Assembly: GCA_016699515.1 (NCBI GenBank)
Contig: CP064978.1
Span: 682,554 to 746,553 of the forward strand
Direction of reading: 5' to 3'
Length of the DNA: 64,000 bases
Source: Candidatus Peregrinibacteria bacterium
GTDB lineage: Bacteria; Patescibacteriota; Gracilibacteria; UM-FILTER-43-11
The translations under genes were made by a program, and so were the position numbers. Below the pieces are notes generated by a model that saw nothing but the letters and a program-made list of their open reading frames with translations, did not search any database and was not told the origin of the DNA. Every line of letters starts with the position of its first letter. Within the stretch, counting starts at the first letter, position 1. Shown here in pieces: positions 22,825-31,041 of the stretch.

Positions 22825-24912
22825 ATGTTTACTTGGTTTAAGATTTTAACCAAAGTTGAAAAAATTTTGGTGCTGTTTTTCGTTCTGGTGGTCTTGGTCA
22901 CCGGCGCACGCATTCTCGATCAGTTTTACGACGACTACTCCGTTTTGAATCCGGTAGACGGCGGGCTTTACGTTGAAGGTGCGGTTGGAAAATTAGAAGT
23001 GATCGATCCTCTGTACGTTCAACAAGGTTCGGTGACCCATGATATTTCTCAGTTGATCTTTTCGGGGCTCACCCAGTACAGCCCGAACACCGGTGAAATT
23101 ATTCCCGATTTGGCTACTTTTTCGGTTTCTGATAATAAACGTGAATACACGTTTGTTTTGAAGGAGGGTGCCACCTGGCACGATGGGATTCCTGTGACCA
23201 GCGACGATGTTATTTTTACCTACAATACGGTTTTGGGTGATCCCGGCTTTAACGGGCTAGCGCTCAACTATTTGGATATGACCGGCATTCGGGTGATTAA
23301 AGTTGATGATCGAACTGTGCAATTTTTATTGGAAGTGCCTGATTCGTTCTTTTTAGCCAAAACTTTGATTGGCCTTTTGCCCGAGCACCTTTTGGTCGGC
23401 GTACCCGTACCCGAAATTCCCACCAGCAACTTTCATGAATTGCCCATCGGCTCAGGACCTTTCCGGCTCAGCTCGATCGTTCCTAAAGGAAACTACATTG
23501 AAGTGAATTTGGAACAAAACCTGAATTTTTACGATCCACCTCCTCATATTACCACGCTTCAAATTCGTATCTACCAAGAGCTGGACCGTCTCATGTCGGA
23601 TCAGCGTTCACTTGATGGCATTCGCACTATCCCCGAGGAAGCACGCCAAACTATTTTAGATAGCAAACGCTTCAATTTGATTCATTATCAGCTCCCTCAA
23701 TATGTTGCGGTTTTTATTAACACCGAAAGTCCGAAGCTTAAAAACGAGCTGATTCGCTTAGCCTTGCAATTAGCGACCGACAAAGCCGCTTTAGGCGAAT
23801 CGATCGGTGAATCGGAAAGCCTCGACACTCCTTTATTGGAAATTGATCCTTCCAACTGGGTCTTTCAGCATAGCTTTACCAAGGCAAATGGAGGTTTGGT
23901 TGATGCGGGGTGGACTCTGCCCAACAAAGAGGCCTTGGGTATTCCTGATCCCACTGAAACGTTTACGGTCGTCGACGAATCGGGAGAAGCTGCCATCATC
24001 ACGGCGCCTAACTCAGGCAAAGACTTTCGTACCACTGACGAAAAATTGTGCTTACCGGAGTGAATGAGCGTGGCGTGCAAGGCATTCAGGTGAATGATTA
24101 CGTTTTGCAAAAATTCAAACCCGGAGACACCACGTGGAGTTATGTGGCCAGTTTGGAATTTGAGAATTTAAAAAGGGTGTGAATCGCTTTGAGGTGTACG
24201 CATTGGATGCGGATAATAATAAAACTCTGCTGGATAGCATGACCGTTTACCAAGGCACGGCCGAGGATTTTGCTCAACAAGACCAAGCAGAGCTTACCGA
24301 AGCCAATGAACAAGCCATCGATTTGCCCATTCGCAAAAATAAGGAGGGAGAGGAATTGATTTTACGCATGATTGTTCCTAAAACCCCGGCTAAGTATGCC
24401 GATGTGGCCCAATTTTTAAAAACAGAGTGGCGCAAGAGTGGTATTGGACTTGATATTCAAGTGCTCGAAAACGAGGATTTTTCTAAAAATTAAATGATCG
24501 TGATTACGACCTGCTGATTTTTGGTCAGAACTTAGGTTATAATTTAGATTCCTATCCTTATTGGCATAGCAGTCAGGCTAAGAAGTAAGGGTTCAATTTA
24601 TCTCAGTTTAAAGATTTTGCCGCGGATAGCTTGCTAGAAAAAGCCCGTTTAGACCATGATTTGGACGCACGCCGAAAAACCCTGGGCCAATTGCAGGATA
24701 TTTTCAGCAAAAAAATCCCGGCTGTCTTTTTGTACCGACCCTCCTACACTTTTGCGCTTTCTAAAGAGGTTCAAAACGCTTCGTTCGAAAACCTTGCCAC
24801 CATCAGTGATCGATTTGCCAGCATTGCCAGTTGGTACGCAAAAGTGGACCGAGATCTGAAAGAGGGCACCACTCCCTGGACTTTTGTGAAATGGATTTTT
24901 AGTCAATTTTAA
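22825..24912 (+). pseudogene. family-5 (peptide/nickel type) ABC substrate-binding protein with an inserted Ig-like segment; at least 3 frameshifts and 1 in-frame TAA
   Basis: SBP_bac_5-like blocks include LFSGLTQYSP, TFVLKEGATWHDG and DYDLLIFGQNLGYNLDSYPYWHS. Frame changes occur at about 24040, about 24172 and about 24487, all in A5 runs. An in-frame TAA sits at 24586-24588 (AKK*GFNLSQF). Confidence 0.65.
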
Positions 24913-25050
24913 ATTTTTAATTTTAAATTTTAAAAATTTGTTGTATAATCCCCTGGCTTCGCTCAATTAAGGATCTGTATTGAGGGCCGGGAACTGCTTG
25001 GCTCACATCAATTCTTCATTGTCAGCGCTTAACTCTATAACTAAACTAAG

Positions 25051-25494
25051 ATGCAAGTTGTACTAACCAAAGCCGTTAAATCCCTGGGCTACGAACACGA
25101 TATTGTGAATGTTAAACGTGGCTACGCTGCTAACTATCTTTTGCCCAACGGCCTTGCTATGCTCGCTACTCCGGCTGTTATTAAAAAAACCGAGGCTTTG
25201 CGCGCTGAACGCGTTCGACATCTAGAAGAACTCAAGGCTAAGGCCAAAGAACTATTAGAACAACTTCGATCGGTGACACTATCGTTCACCATGAAAGCTC
25301 GTGGTGACAAACTTTATGGTTCTATTACAGAAAAGGACATTGTCGATGCGGTAAAAAACCAAGCAAAAATTGAAATCGAAAAGGACATGGTTTCGATGAA
25401 AGAACACATCAAGTCGATCGGAGCTCATCAGGTTAAATTACATTTGGCGCAAGGCGTAACCGCTACGGTTAAAGTTATGGTGGAAGCTGAGTAA
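25051..25494 (+). CDS. rplI: 50S ribosomal protein L9
   Basis: The sequence reads MQVVLTKAVKSLGYEHDIVNVKRGYAANYLLPNGLA. The 147-aa length is typical. Confidence 0.9.
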   Translation: MQVVLTKAVKSLGYEHDIVNVKRGYAANYLLPNGLAMLATPAVIKKTEALRAERVRHLEELKAKAKELLEQLRSVTLSFTMKARGDKLYGSITEKDIVDAVKNQAKIEIEKDMVSMKEHIKSIGAHQVKLHLAQGVTATVKVMVEAE

Positions 25495-25514
25495 ACATGC
25501 GTAATCATTACGAA

Positions 25515-25547
25515 AGAGGGCTTGCATTTGCCAGTCCTCTTTTTTTG
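25515..25547 (+). terminator. intrinsic terminator (imperfect stem)
   Basis: AGAGGGC pairs with GTCCTCT, followed by T7. Confidence 0.55.
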
Positions 25548-25584
25548 TGTATCTAGCTTTTAAAAAGCCTAAAAATATGCTATA

Positions 25585-26517
25585 ATGACGGGAATATTTA
25601 TGAAAAATGTTGAATCGATCCCATCGGCCCGAGCTCACCCCCCAAACTTGTTTGACTCATTGAGAAAACGAGTGGAAGCGCAAAAAAAGATGCCTGGCAC
25701 TTTGGAGGGGCTAAAAAAATGGGTCTTGGGCTCGCAGGTAATGAATTTTTTTGAAAAACTTTTTACCTCCAAAGAAGGAAAAAAAGGATTTTTTGATAGT
25801 TTGATGGGTACTTTAAACGGTGTTTTGGACTGGATTAACCCAAAAGAACGCCCTGAACGGGAGGTAAAAGCCCCGCCTAAATCCCCCGAGCCCCAGGCAG
25901 CGGTGAATGAACATGAGCCGCCTCAAAAAGAGGTGGTTCTGCCTCCTTTGATCGCGTCTCATTTGGACGTTGTTTCTCGCCCGCCTGAGCGTTCAAAAAA
26001 TGGCGTTACTCAGTGTGCAAAAACCGCACGGCGCAATCTGCATGCCGTTACCGGGCAGGTGTATTTTGACGTGAACGCGAATCCCGCCCAAATGTCAGAA
26101 CATTTAACAATGCATGGTTACTTGGGGATTCCCTGGGGTGACGCCAACGTGGTAAAAGAGTGGTATGTTAACAATGCGGCTCAGCATCACTTGGAACTTA
26201 TGCACGGACCGGTGCAGACCATGGTAAAAAATTTGGACGCCGCCGGAGCTCATTTTGCCGATGTGCTTTTGGTGCGCAGTTATTCTGCTTATGGTCATCG
26301 CGCTTCGGCATTTAAATCGAGTATTGATCACCGTTGGTATATTCTTGATCCCTATCGCGCCCACTTGAATATTAAAACAGGTGCGATGGAGCGAACTCAA
26401 GCGCCCATACCGATTGAACAATGCGTTCAAGGGCCATTGAATGAGCGGGGCGAAGCGATGAACGCGATTGCCTTTATGGTTCCCATAAAACATGTTTCGG
26501 CATTAGCCAAGGGTTAA
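25585..26517 (+). CDS. hypothetical protein; the C-terminal half has a possible Cys/His hydrolase-like pattern
   Basis: 310-aa ORF. The candidate residues are TQCAKTARRNL and SAYGHRASAF, followed by WYILDPY. This is only suggestive. Confidence 0.35.
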   Translation: MTGIFMKNVESIPSARAHPPNLFDSLRKRVEAQKKMPGTLEGLKKWVLGSQVMNFFEKLFTSKEGKKGFFDSLMGTLNGVLDWINPKERPEREVKAPPKSPEPQAAVNEHEPPQKEVVLPPLIASHLDVVSRPPERSKNGVTQCAKTARRNLHAVTGQVYFDVNANPAQMSEHLTMHGYLGIPWGDANVVKEWYVNNAAQHHLELMHGPVQTMVKNLDAAGAHFADVLLVRSYSAYGHRASAFKSSIDHRWYILDPYRAHLNIKTGAMERTQAPIPIEQCVQGPLNERGEAMNAIAFMVPIKHVSALAKG

Positions 26518-26541
26518 AGTAAAAATTGGCACACAACACAA

Positions 26542-26569
26542 TTGACAATTTATAAATTAGGAATAATAT
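26542..26569 (+). promoter_or_regulatory. sigma70-like promoter for the micro-ORF
   Basis: A consensus -35 TTGACA lies at 26542-26547. After a 16-nt spacer, TAATAT lies at 26564-26569. Confidence 0.5.
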
Positions 26570-26599
26570 TGGCTTGTTTATTTACTAACACAAAAACTT

Positions 26600-26680
26600 A
26601 TGGCTGCTAAAAAAGCTCCAGCAAAAAAAGCTCCAGCAAAAAAAGCTCCAGCAAAAAAAGCCCCAGCTAAAAAAAAGTAA
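26600..26680 (+). CDS. 26-aa lysine-rich repeat peptide MAAKKAPAKKAPAKKAPAKKAPAKKK (histone-H1-like tail motif)
   Basis: Own translation. It is too short for the ORF track. A consensus promoter lies upstream and a terminator lies downstream. Confidence 0.5.
   Translation: MAAKKAPAKKAPAKKAPAKKAPAKKK
26609..26667 (+). repeat. about 4 tandem copies of a 15-bp unit (AAAAAAAGCTCCAGC)
   Basis: Read directly from the sequence. The last copy has one substitution (GCCCCAGC). This repeat is the coding repeat of the micro-ORF. Confidence 0.9.
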
Positions 26681-26721
26681 CAACACACCGTTAGGTGTTT
26701 TCTTGCTTGTCATTAGCAACC

Positions 26722-26755
26722 AAATAGCGCTTCTCGTTTGAGGGCGCTATTTTTG
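26722..26755 (+). terminator. intrinsic terminator
   Basis: AAATAGCGC pairs with GCGCTATTT, followed by a T-run. Confidence 0.7.
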
Positions 26756-26784
26756 AACTAAAAGCAAGGCATTCATCGTCTTGT

Positions 26785-27135
26785 TCAAAGCCCCATCCAA
26801 ATACAATCTTGCAGGTCGGTGACCATGTGAAATAAAAGCCCAATTGCAGCCATTCGCACGTATGTGTTTGGTATCAACATCATCAATACATAAACCACGT
26901 GCGCGTTGAGCGAATGCAAAGGATGAAAGCCGATGCTGCATCGATGCGGATCAAAAATAGGGCTGGCCACTAAGTGATCCAAATCGACTACCATAGTTGC
27001 CACCATTATTAACCAAGCGACTTTCCATTGGCTTTTGAAAAAGACTCGAGCCACTAAGCCCGGAACAATTAAATGAAAGCCGTAGTGAACGGCCGTTTGA
27101 AAATGCGAGAAAAAATCGATCATCGGCTGAATCAT
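26785..27135 (-). CDS. small polytopic His-rich membrane protein (hypothetical)
   Basis: 116 aa with 3-4 hydrophobic segments and conserved-looking His/Asp residues (VDLDHL, HPLHSLNAH, HMVTD). It is the last gene before the phage block; whether it belongs to host or phage is unresolved. Confidence 0.45.
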   Translation of the reverse strand: MIQPMIDFFSHFQTAVHYGFHLIVPGLVARVFFKSQWKVAWLIMVATMVVDLDHLVASPIFDPHRCSIGFHPLHSLNAHVVYVLMMLIPNTYVRMAAIGLLFHMVTDLQDCIWMGL

Positions 27136-27364
27136 TGCGAATTATCTTTTAACTAACTTCAGTAAATAGCAATATTAAAACCGGTATTCATACTTTTTTT
27201 CTAACCTATATGGTGGGGGGTATTATGCAAGAATCGAACCGCTGACCAAATGGTTGCCCTCAATTGTTGAGGATGTAGTGCTTGGAATCAAGGAATATTT
27301 CGGTACCGTTGACCTTACACCCTACCAACAGCTTTGTCAGCACTTCTCGGAAAAACCCGCCCAC

Positions 27365-28090
27365 TTACCTAGGTAAATTATCATATTTATTCAGAAATGA
27401 CAAGAATCGGCCGACTTTGAGCGGTTCATCGACCCCAAGCCTGCCATCTGGGTATCCTGCGGCGATCCCTTTGTCCTTTGCCCACTTAACAGCCTCAAAA
27501 TCGGGGTGGGTGGCGGGAACATCGGTAAATAGCTGATTAGCTGGCACGGGTGCGTCTGAAAGCCCAACAAGCGCCTTCAAAGCCTTAAACAAGGCTTCCG
27601 CCCCCTTGGCTTTCACGACTTCGGTGTCATTATTGATCGAACCCATTTCAAGCAGGAACGCCCATCCTTTGGTGTCTCTTACGATCCCAAGTCGGCCGAA
27701 TCGACTTTGGGTATCGGCTAACAGGCCAGCATTTCGAAGTCCGATGGCCTGAACGTAGGTCTTTAGGAATTTATCGGCTTTTTGTTTGCTTTCCTCGCTT
27801 CCGCCATAGTAGAAACACAGAGCGCCAGTTTCCTTGCGCTCAGGCGAGGAATTCAAATGGCAACAAACAACGTAATCACTTTCGCTTGCCCGTTTGTTGA
27901 CCCACTTGGTTTGTTCTTCCAAAGTGAGGTCGAATGGACATAGGTCGGTGAATATAAGTTCCTTGATCATCGGGAACACTTGCAAAAGGATGTTTCGTGC
28001 GACAAGGTTTTCAGTCTCTTTGGTTTTCAGGTTTTGGGCGCCTTCATCTTTACCTTGAGAATGCCCAGCGATTAAATATAGTTTTGGCAT
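27365..28090 (-). CDS. endolysin: N-acetylmuramoyl-L-alanine amidase (Amidase_3-like) with a C-terminal SLH domain
   Basis: The N-terminus reads LYLIAGHSQGKDEGAQN and the amidase region ends ...LLEMGSINND. The C-terminus, FTDVPATHPDFEAVKWAKDKGIAAGYPDGRLGVDEPLKVGRF, fits the SLH consensus. It is the last gene of the late operon. Confidence 0.7.
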   Translation of the reverse strand: MPKLYLIAGHSQGKDEGAQNLKTKETENLVARNILLQVFPMIKELIFTDLCPFDLTLEEQTKWVNKRASESDYVVCCHLNSSPERKETGALCFYYGGSEESKQKADKFLKTYVQAIGLRNAGLLADTQSRFGRLGIVRDTKGWAFLLEMGSINNDTEVVKAKGAEALFKALKALVGLSDAPVPANQLFTDVPATHPDFEAVKWAKDKGIAAGYPDGRLGVDEPLKVGRFLSFLNKYDNLPR

Positions 28091-28109
28091 ACAATAACGG
28101 GGTTAATGA

Positions 28110-28592
28110 TTACAAGTTCACTTCGGTATCTGTTTTGGTTTCCTCGGCGATTTCATCGGCTGGCGCTACATGCTCCAGCTCTTTTTGTTGCTCTTCCTGA
28201 GCTTTGAGAAAATCCTCGACCGTCTTGATTTCTCGTTTTTCGAAATAGGTCAGTTTTTGCACCGATTTACCCTGTTCGTCTTTTTCCTCAATAACCGCAA
28301 TGTCAGCCGTTGGAGTTTCTTCACTCTCAATCTCCGCTTGGATTTCCTCTTTTGTTAGTTGCTTTTGCGTCCTGATCTCAGCTTTGGAAGGTACGGAAAT
28401 AATCACGACTTCCTTCTCGAGCAACTTGTCTGTTTCTTCGACTGTTTGTTCTTTTGCATCTGGATTTGCTTCTTCGAAAATCTCGAATCCTTCGCGAATG
28501 CAGACCAGTTCGTCGCCATTATCTTTGTGATACACGACGGTGGCTTCAACGCCTTCGCCGACTACTGAATGTTTTGCTTTGTAGAATTTCAT
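28110..28592 (-). CDS. hypothetical acidic protein
   Basis: 160 aa and Glu-rich, with no recognised motif. Confidence 0.4.
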   Translation of the reverse strand: MKFYKAKHSVVGEGVEATVVYHKDNGDELVCIREGFEIFEEANPDAKEQTVEETDKLLEKEVVIISVPSKAEIRTQKQLTKEEIQAEIESEETPTADIAVIEEKDEQGKSVQKLTYFEKREIKTVEDFLKAQEEQQKELEHVAPADEIAEETKTDTEVNL

Positions 28593-28610
28593 AATGTTTG
28601 TGGTTAATGG

Positions 28611-31022
28611 TTAATTGGCTGGCGCAAAGAAGGTCACGAGACCGTTGTTGTAGCACCAGAATTCAAGATAAAGTTTGAAGTTTTTCTTCACTTTTGTTGT
28701 GAAGACCGTTGCCGAATCTACAACTGAAGACGGCAAGGCGTCGTTGACGATCACGGAACGAATGTCATCGTTATCAATCATGATGCGCCCATATCGGTAT
28801 GGTGAGCTGAGCGAGGCGTTTCTTGCCCAGCCAAGCAAATACCCGCCTTTCGGTGCGTCAATCTGTTCGTAGAATCCCCATATCTGATTTACAGCTCCTT
28901 GGATGCTACTGCTCGAAATTCGGAGCATGTAACTTTGCTCGAAGTTTTCAGGGTCGATATTGAAAACCGCCACAGCATATTGACAGGTGGTATTTCTCAT
29001 CCAGATGTATTTGTTCTGATCATTCAGAAACTGTTCGAGGAGCTTACTGGTGACGTCATAGGCCATTGTGGCCATGTCGTTATAGTAGAGTTTGCTATCA
29101 CCAGTTTCTGTATGCCAGATGGGTTTTCCTTCCAAAGTGAATCCATAAACTCCATACCACGTTGAATTAACATATCCTGTCAGGCTTTCAAACGCTCCAT
29201 CCGTTGGATTGAACGCATAGTACCTTTGGCTGTAGTAATTTGAACCATCGTTGTTGCAGTATGAAGTCAGCAGCAACCATGAGCTATTTTCATTTGAAGT
29301 TATCAAATGATTTTTATTTGAGCTGTATGAAGCATTCGTGGTTTGGTTTCCCAAGTAGGAGCTTGGCATTGTTCCTGTCGTGTTAAGAACGCTCCACTGG
29401 TTTGCGGCTACATCGTATTTATAGACATAAACGTTTTCATGAGCTCCATATCGCGGTGACATGAGATAAATATTCGTCGCATCCTCCTTTACCGTGAATA
29501 AACCTCCCACCATTTGATGAGGGGTAGCGTAATTTGTGCTCGCTAAACCACAGCCATAAAGCCATGGGTCGCCGTAACAGCTGTAGGGCATTTTATTTCC
29601 GATCCTCGCATAAATATTGTCTTTTTTTGTCCAAGTCCAGACACCGATCGTGCAGACACACAAATCGAAACTGACTGGATCAATCATGTACAATTTGCCG
29701 CCTTTCACGACAGCACCCCATCCAGTCCATTCTTTTTCTTTGCCTGAATCCATCGGCACTTTGACCCATTCAACAGTCTTTAGGGTCGAATCAATATATG
29801 GGAAGTATCGGAACCCTCTCGAATATCCATGGAATCCGCAATAGAATTGATATCTGGCGTTAGATTTCGAGATTAACTTCATGTCCTGTTCATAACCGCC
29901 TTGCTGGTTGTAACACCATTGACCGAATTGGACTGGCAGAAATTTGTTCGCGTTCAATGTAAAATTTTCTGCTGTATCCATTTCCCAGACACCGTGTTTC
30001 TGCATTGATGTGCTGCCGTTGTAGTCCGCTACCTGATATGAACCGACCCAATACAGTTTGTTATTTGCCCGAAACATTCCGTAGGCTCCACCATTTGTGA
30101 GTCCTTTAGTTCGAAGATTTAGTGCACTTGCCGTCCAAGTGTTGCCAGTGATGTTGTACTTCCATATCGTGCTGAAGTTATCACCTGTACCGAGATATTG
30201 AACGTAAACAAATCCGTTAAAGATTTCAGAAATGTAGTAACTGGTATTGCTTGGAGCGCTGGCGGTTGCCGCCGCCGTCCATGTGTTTCCAGCTATGCTG
30301 TATTTCATGAGCTCGTATCCAGCAGTTTGCATGTTCTGATACGGAACAAAAACAACCCAAGCGGAGCCATCAGTGAGAAGCCGAGCATACCCCTGACTCA
30401 TGCTGGCCGAACCAGTCATGGTCGTAAGAGAAGCCCACGTGTTGCTTGCAATCGTATATTTTGCAAAGTTCTTGCTCGTATCCATGACATACAAGATTCC
30501 GTTGCATGCGACGATTGAACAAATCGTCCCAGCAAGCGTACAGCTGGTTTTTTGAGTAATTGCTCCAGTACTTTGATCGATTTCCCAAAGAGTTTTATCG
30601 CCATAACAAAGCCAGAACAGTTTGTTGCTGGTTTCATCGTAAATGATGTTCTCGTAGTTGTAGTTTTGTGAATTGCTGAAACGGCTGCGGTTGTTGTAGA
30701 CATCCGTTTTGTTGAATTCAATCCATGCGCAGGTATCGGTTTGATGATCGTATTTGTAGACGCCGATCGGGCTTTGTTTGTCGTACTTATAATCGTACTT
30801 GTTTCCCATTCCTTGAGGCAGCGCAAAGAATTTCTTGTTTGCCACGTCGAAGATATGGTTGAAGTAGACTGGGTTGTAATTGAAGTTCTGGTAGTTGATG
30901 TTAAACCCCTGACCGCCTTGCTGAAACCATTGATAGTTATCCCAGCTGGTAAATTGCAGCGCGGAAGGGATCGCGTCCTTGAAGACTGAACCTGATCCGC
31001 CGCCAATAGTGATATTTGCCAT
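28611..31022 (-). CDS. putative receptor-binding or tail-spike protein with Kelch-like beta-propeller repeats
   Basis: 803 aa, rich in W, Y and N. A blade signature recurs: Y.I.SNTW (AKYTIASNTWASL, MKYSIAGNTWTAA, WKYNITGNTWTAS, YKYDVAANQWSVL). The gene sits after the fibre gene. Confidence 0.4.
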   Translation of the reverse strand: MANITIGGGSGSVFKDAIPSALQFTSWDNYQWFQQGGQGFNINYQNFNYNPVYFNHIFDVANKKFFALPQGMGNKYDYKYDKQSPIGVYKYDHQTDTCAWIEFNKTDVYNNRSRFSNSQNYNYENIIYDETSNKLFWLCYGDKTLWEIDQSTGAITQKTSCTLAGTICSIVACNGILYVMDTSKNFAKYTIASNTWASLTTMTGSASMSQGYARLLTDGSAWVVFVPYQNMQTAGYELMKYSIAGNTWTAAATASAPSNTSYYISEIFNGFVYVQYLGTGDNFSTIWKYNITGNTWTASALNLRTKGLTNGGAYGMFRANNKLYWVGSYQVADYNGSTSMQKHGVWEMDTAENFTLNANKFLPVQFGQWCYNQQGGYEQDMKLISKSNARYQFYCGFHGYSRGFRYFPYIDSTLKTVEWVKVPMDSGKEKEWTGWGAVVKGGKLYMIDPVSFDLCVCTIGVWTWTKKDNIYARIGNKMPYSCYGDPWLYGCGLASTNYATPHQMVGGLFTVKEDATNIYLMSPRYGAHENVYVYKYDVAANQWSVLNTTGTMPSSYLGNQTTNASYSSNKNHLITSNENSSWLLLTSYCNNDGSNYYSQRYYAFNPTDGAFESLTGYVNSTWYGVYGFTLEGKPIWHTETGDSKLYYNDMATMAYDVTSKLLEQFLNDQNKYIWMRNTTCQYAVAVFNIDPENFEQSYMLRISSSSIQGAVNQIWGFYEQIDAPKGGYLLGWARNASLSSPYRYGRIMIDNDDIRSVIVNDALPSSVVDSATVFTTKVKKNFKLYLEFWCYNNGLVTFFAPAN

Positions 31023-31041
31023 AGTATTTTTAGTTAAATAA

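Noticed and set aside
26609-26667. A short regular tandem repeat that could be mistaken for a mini CRISPR array.
   Set aside because: The units are 15 bp, directly abutting with no spacers, in frame, and they encode the AKKAP repeat. No cas genes are present. No CRISPR-like repeat-spacer structure was seen anywhere in the window.
27211-27300. A possible tRNA or tmRNA gene on the minus strand, suggested by a GGTTCGATTC T-loop motif and a CCACCA end.
   Set aside because: No cloverleaf could be built. The T-stem halves (AGCGG and CTTGC) do not pair. No 5' acceptor strand complementary to ACCCCCC lies upstream. The spacing from the T-loop to CCA is wrong. It is kept only as a possible integration scar, not as an RNA gene.
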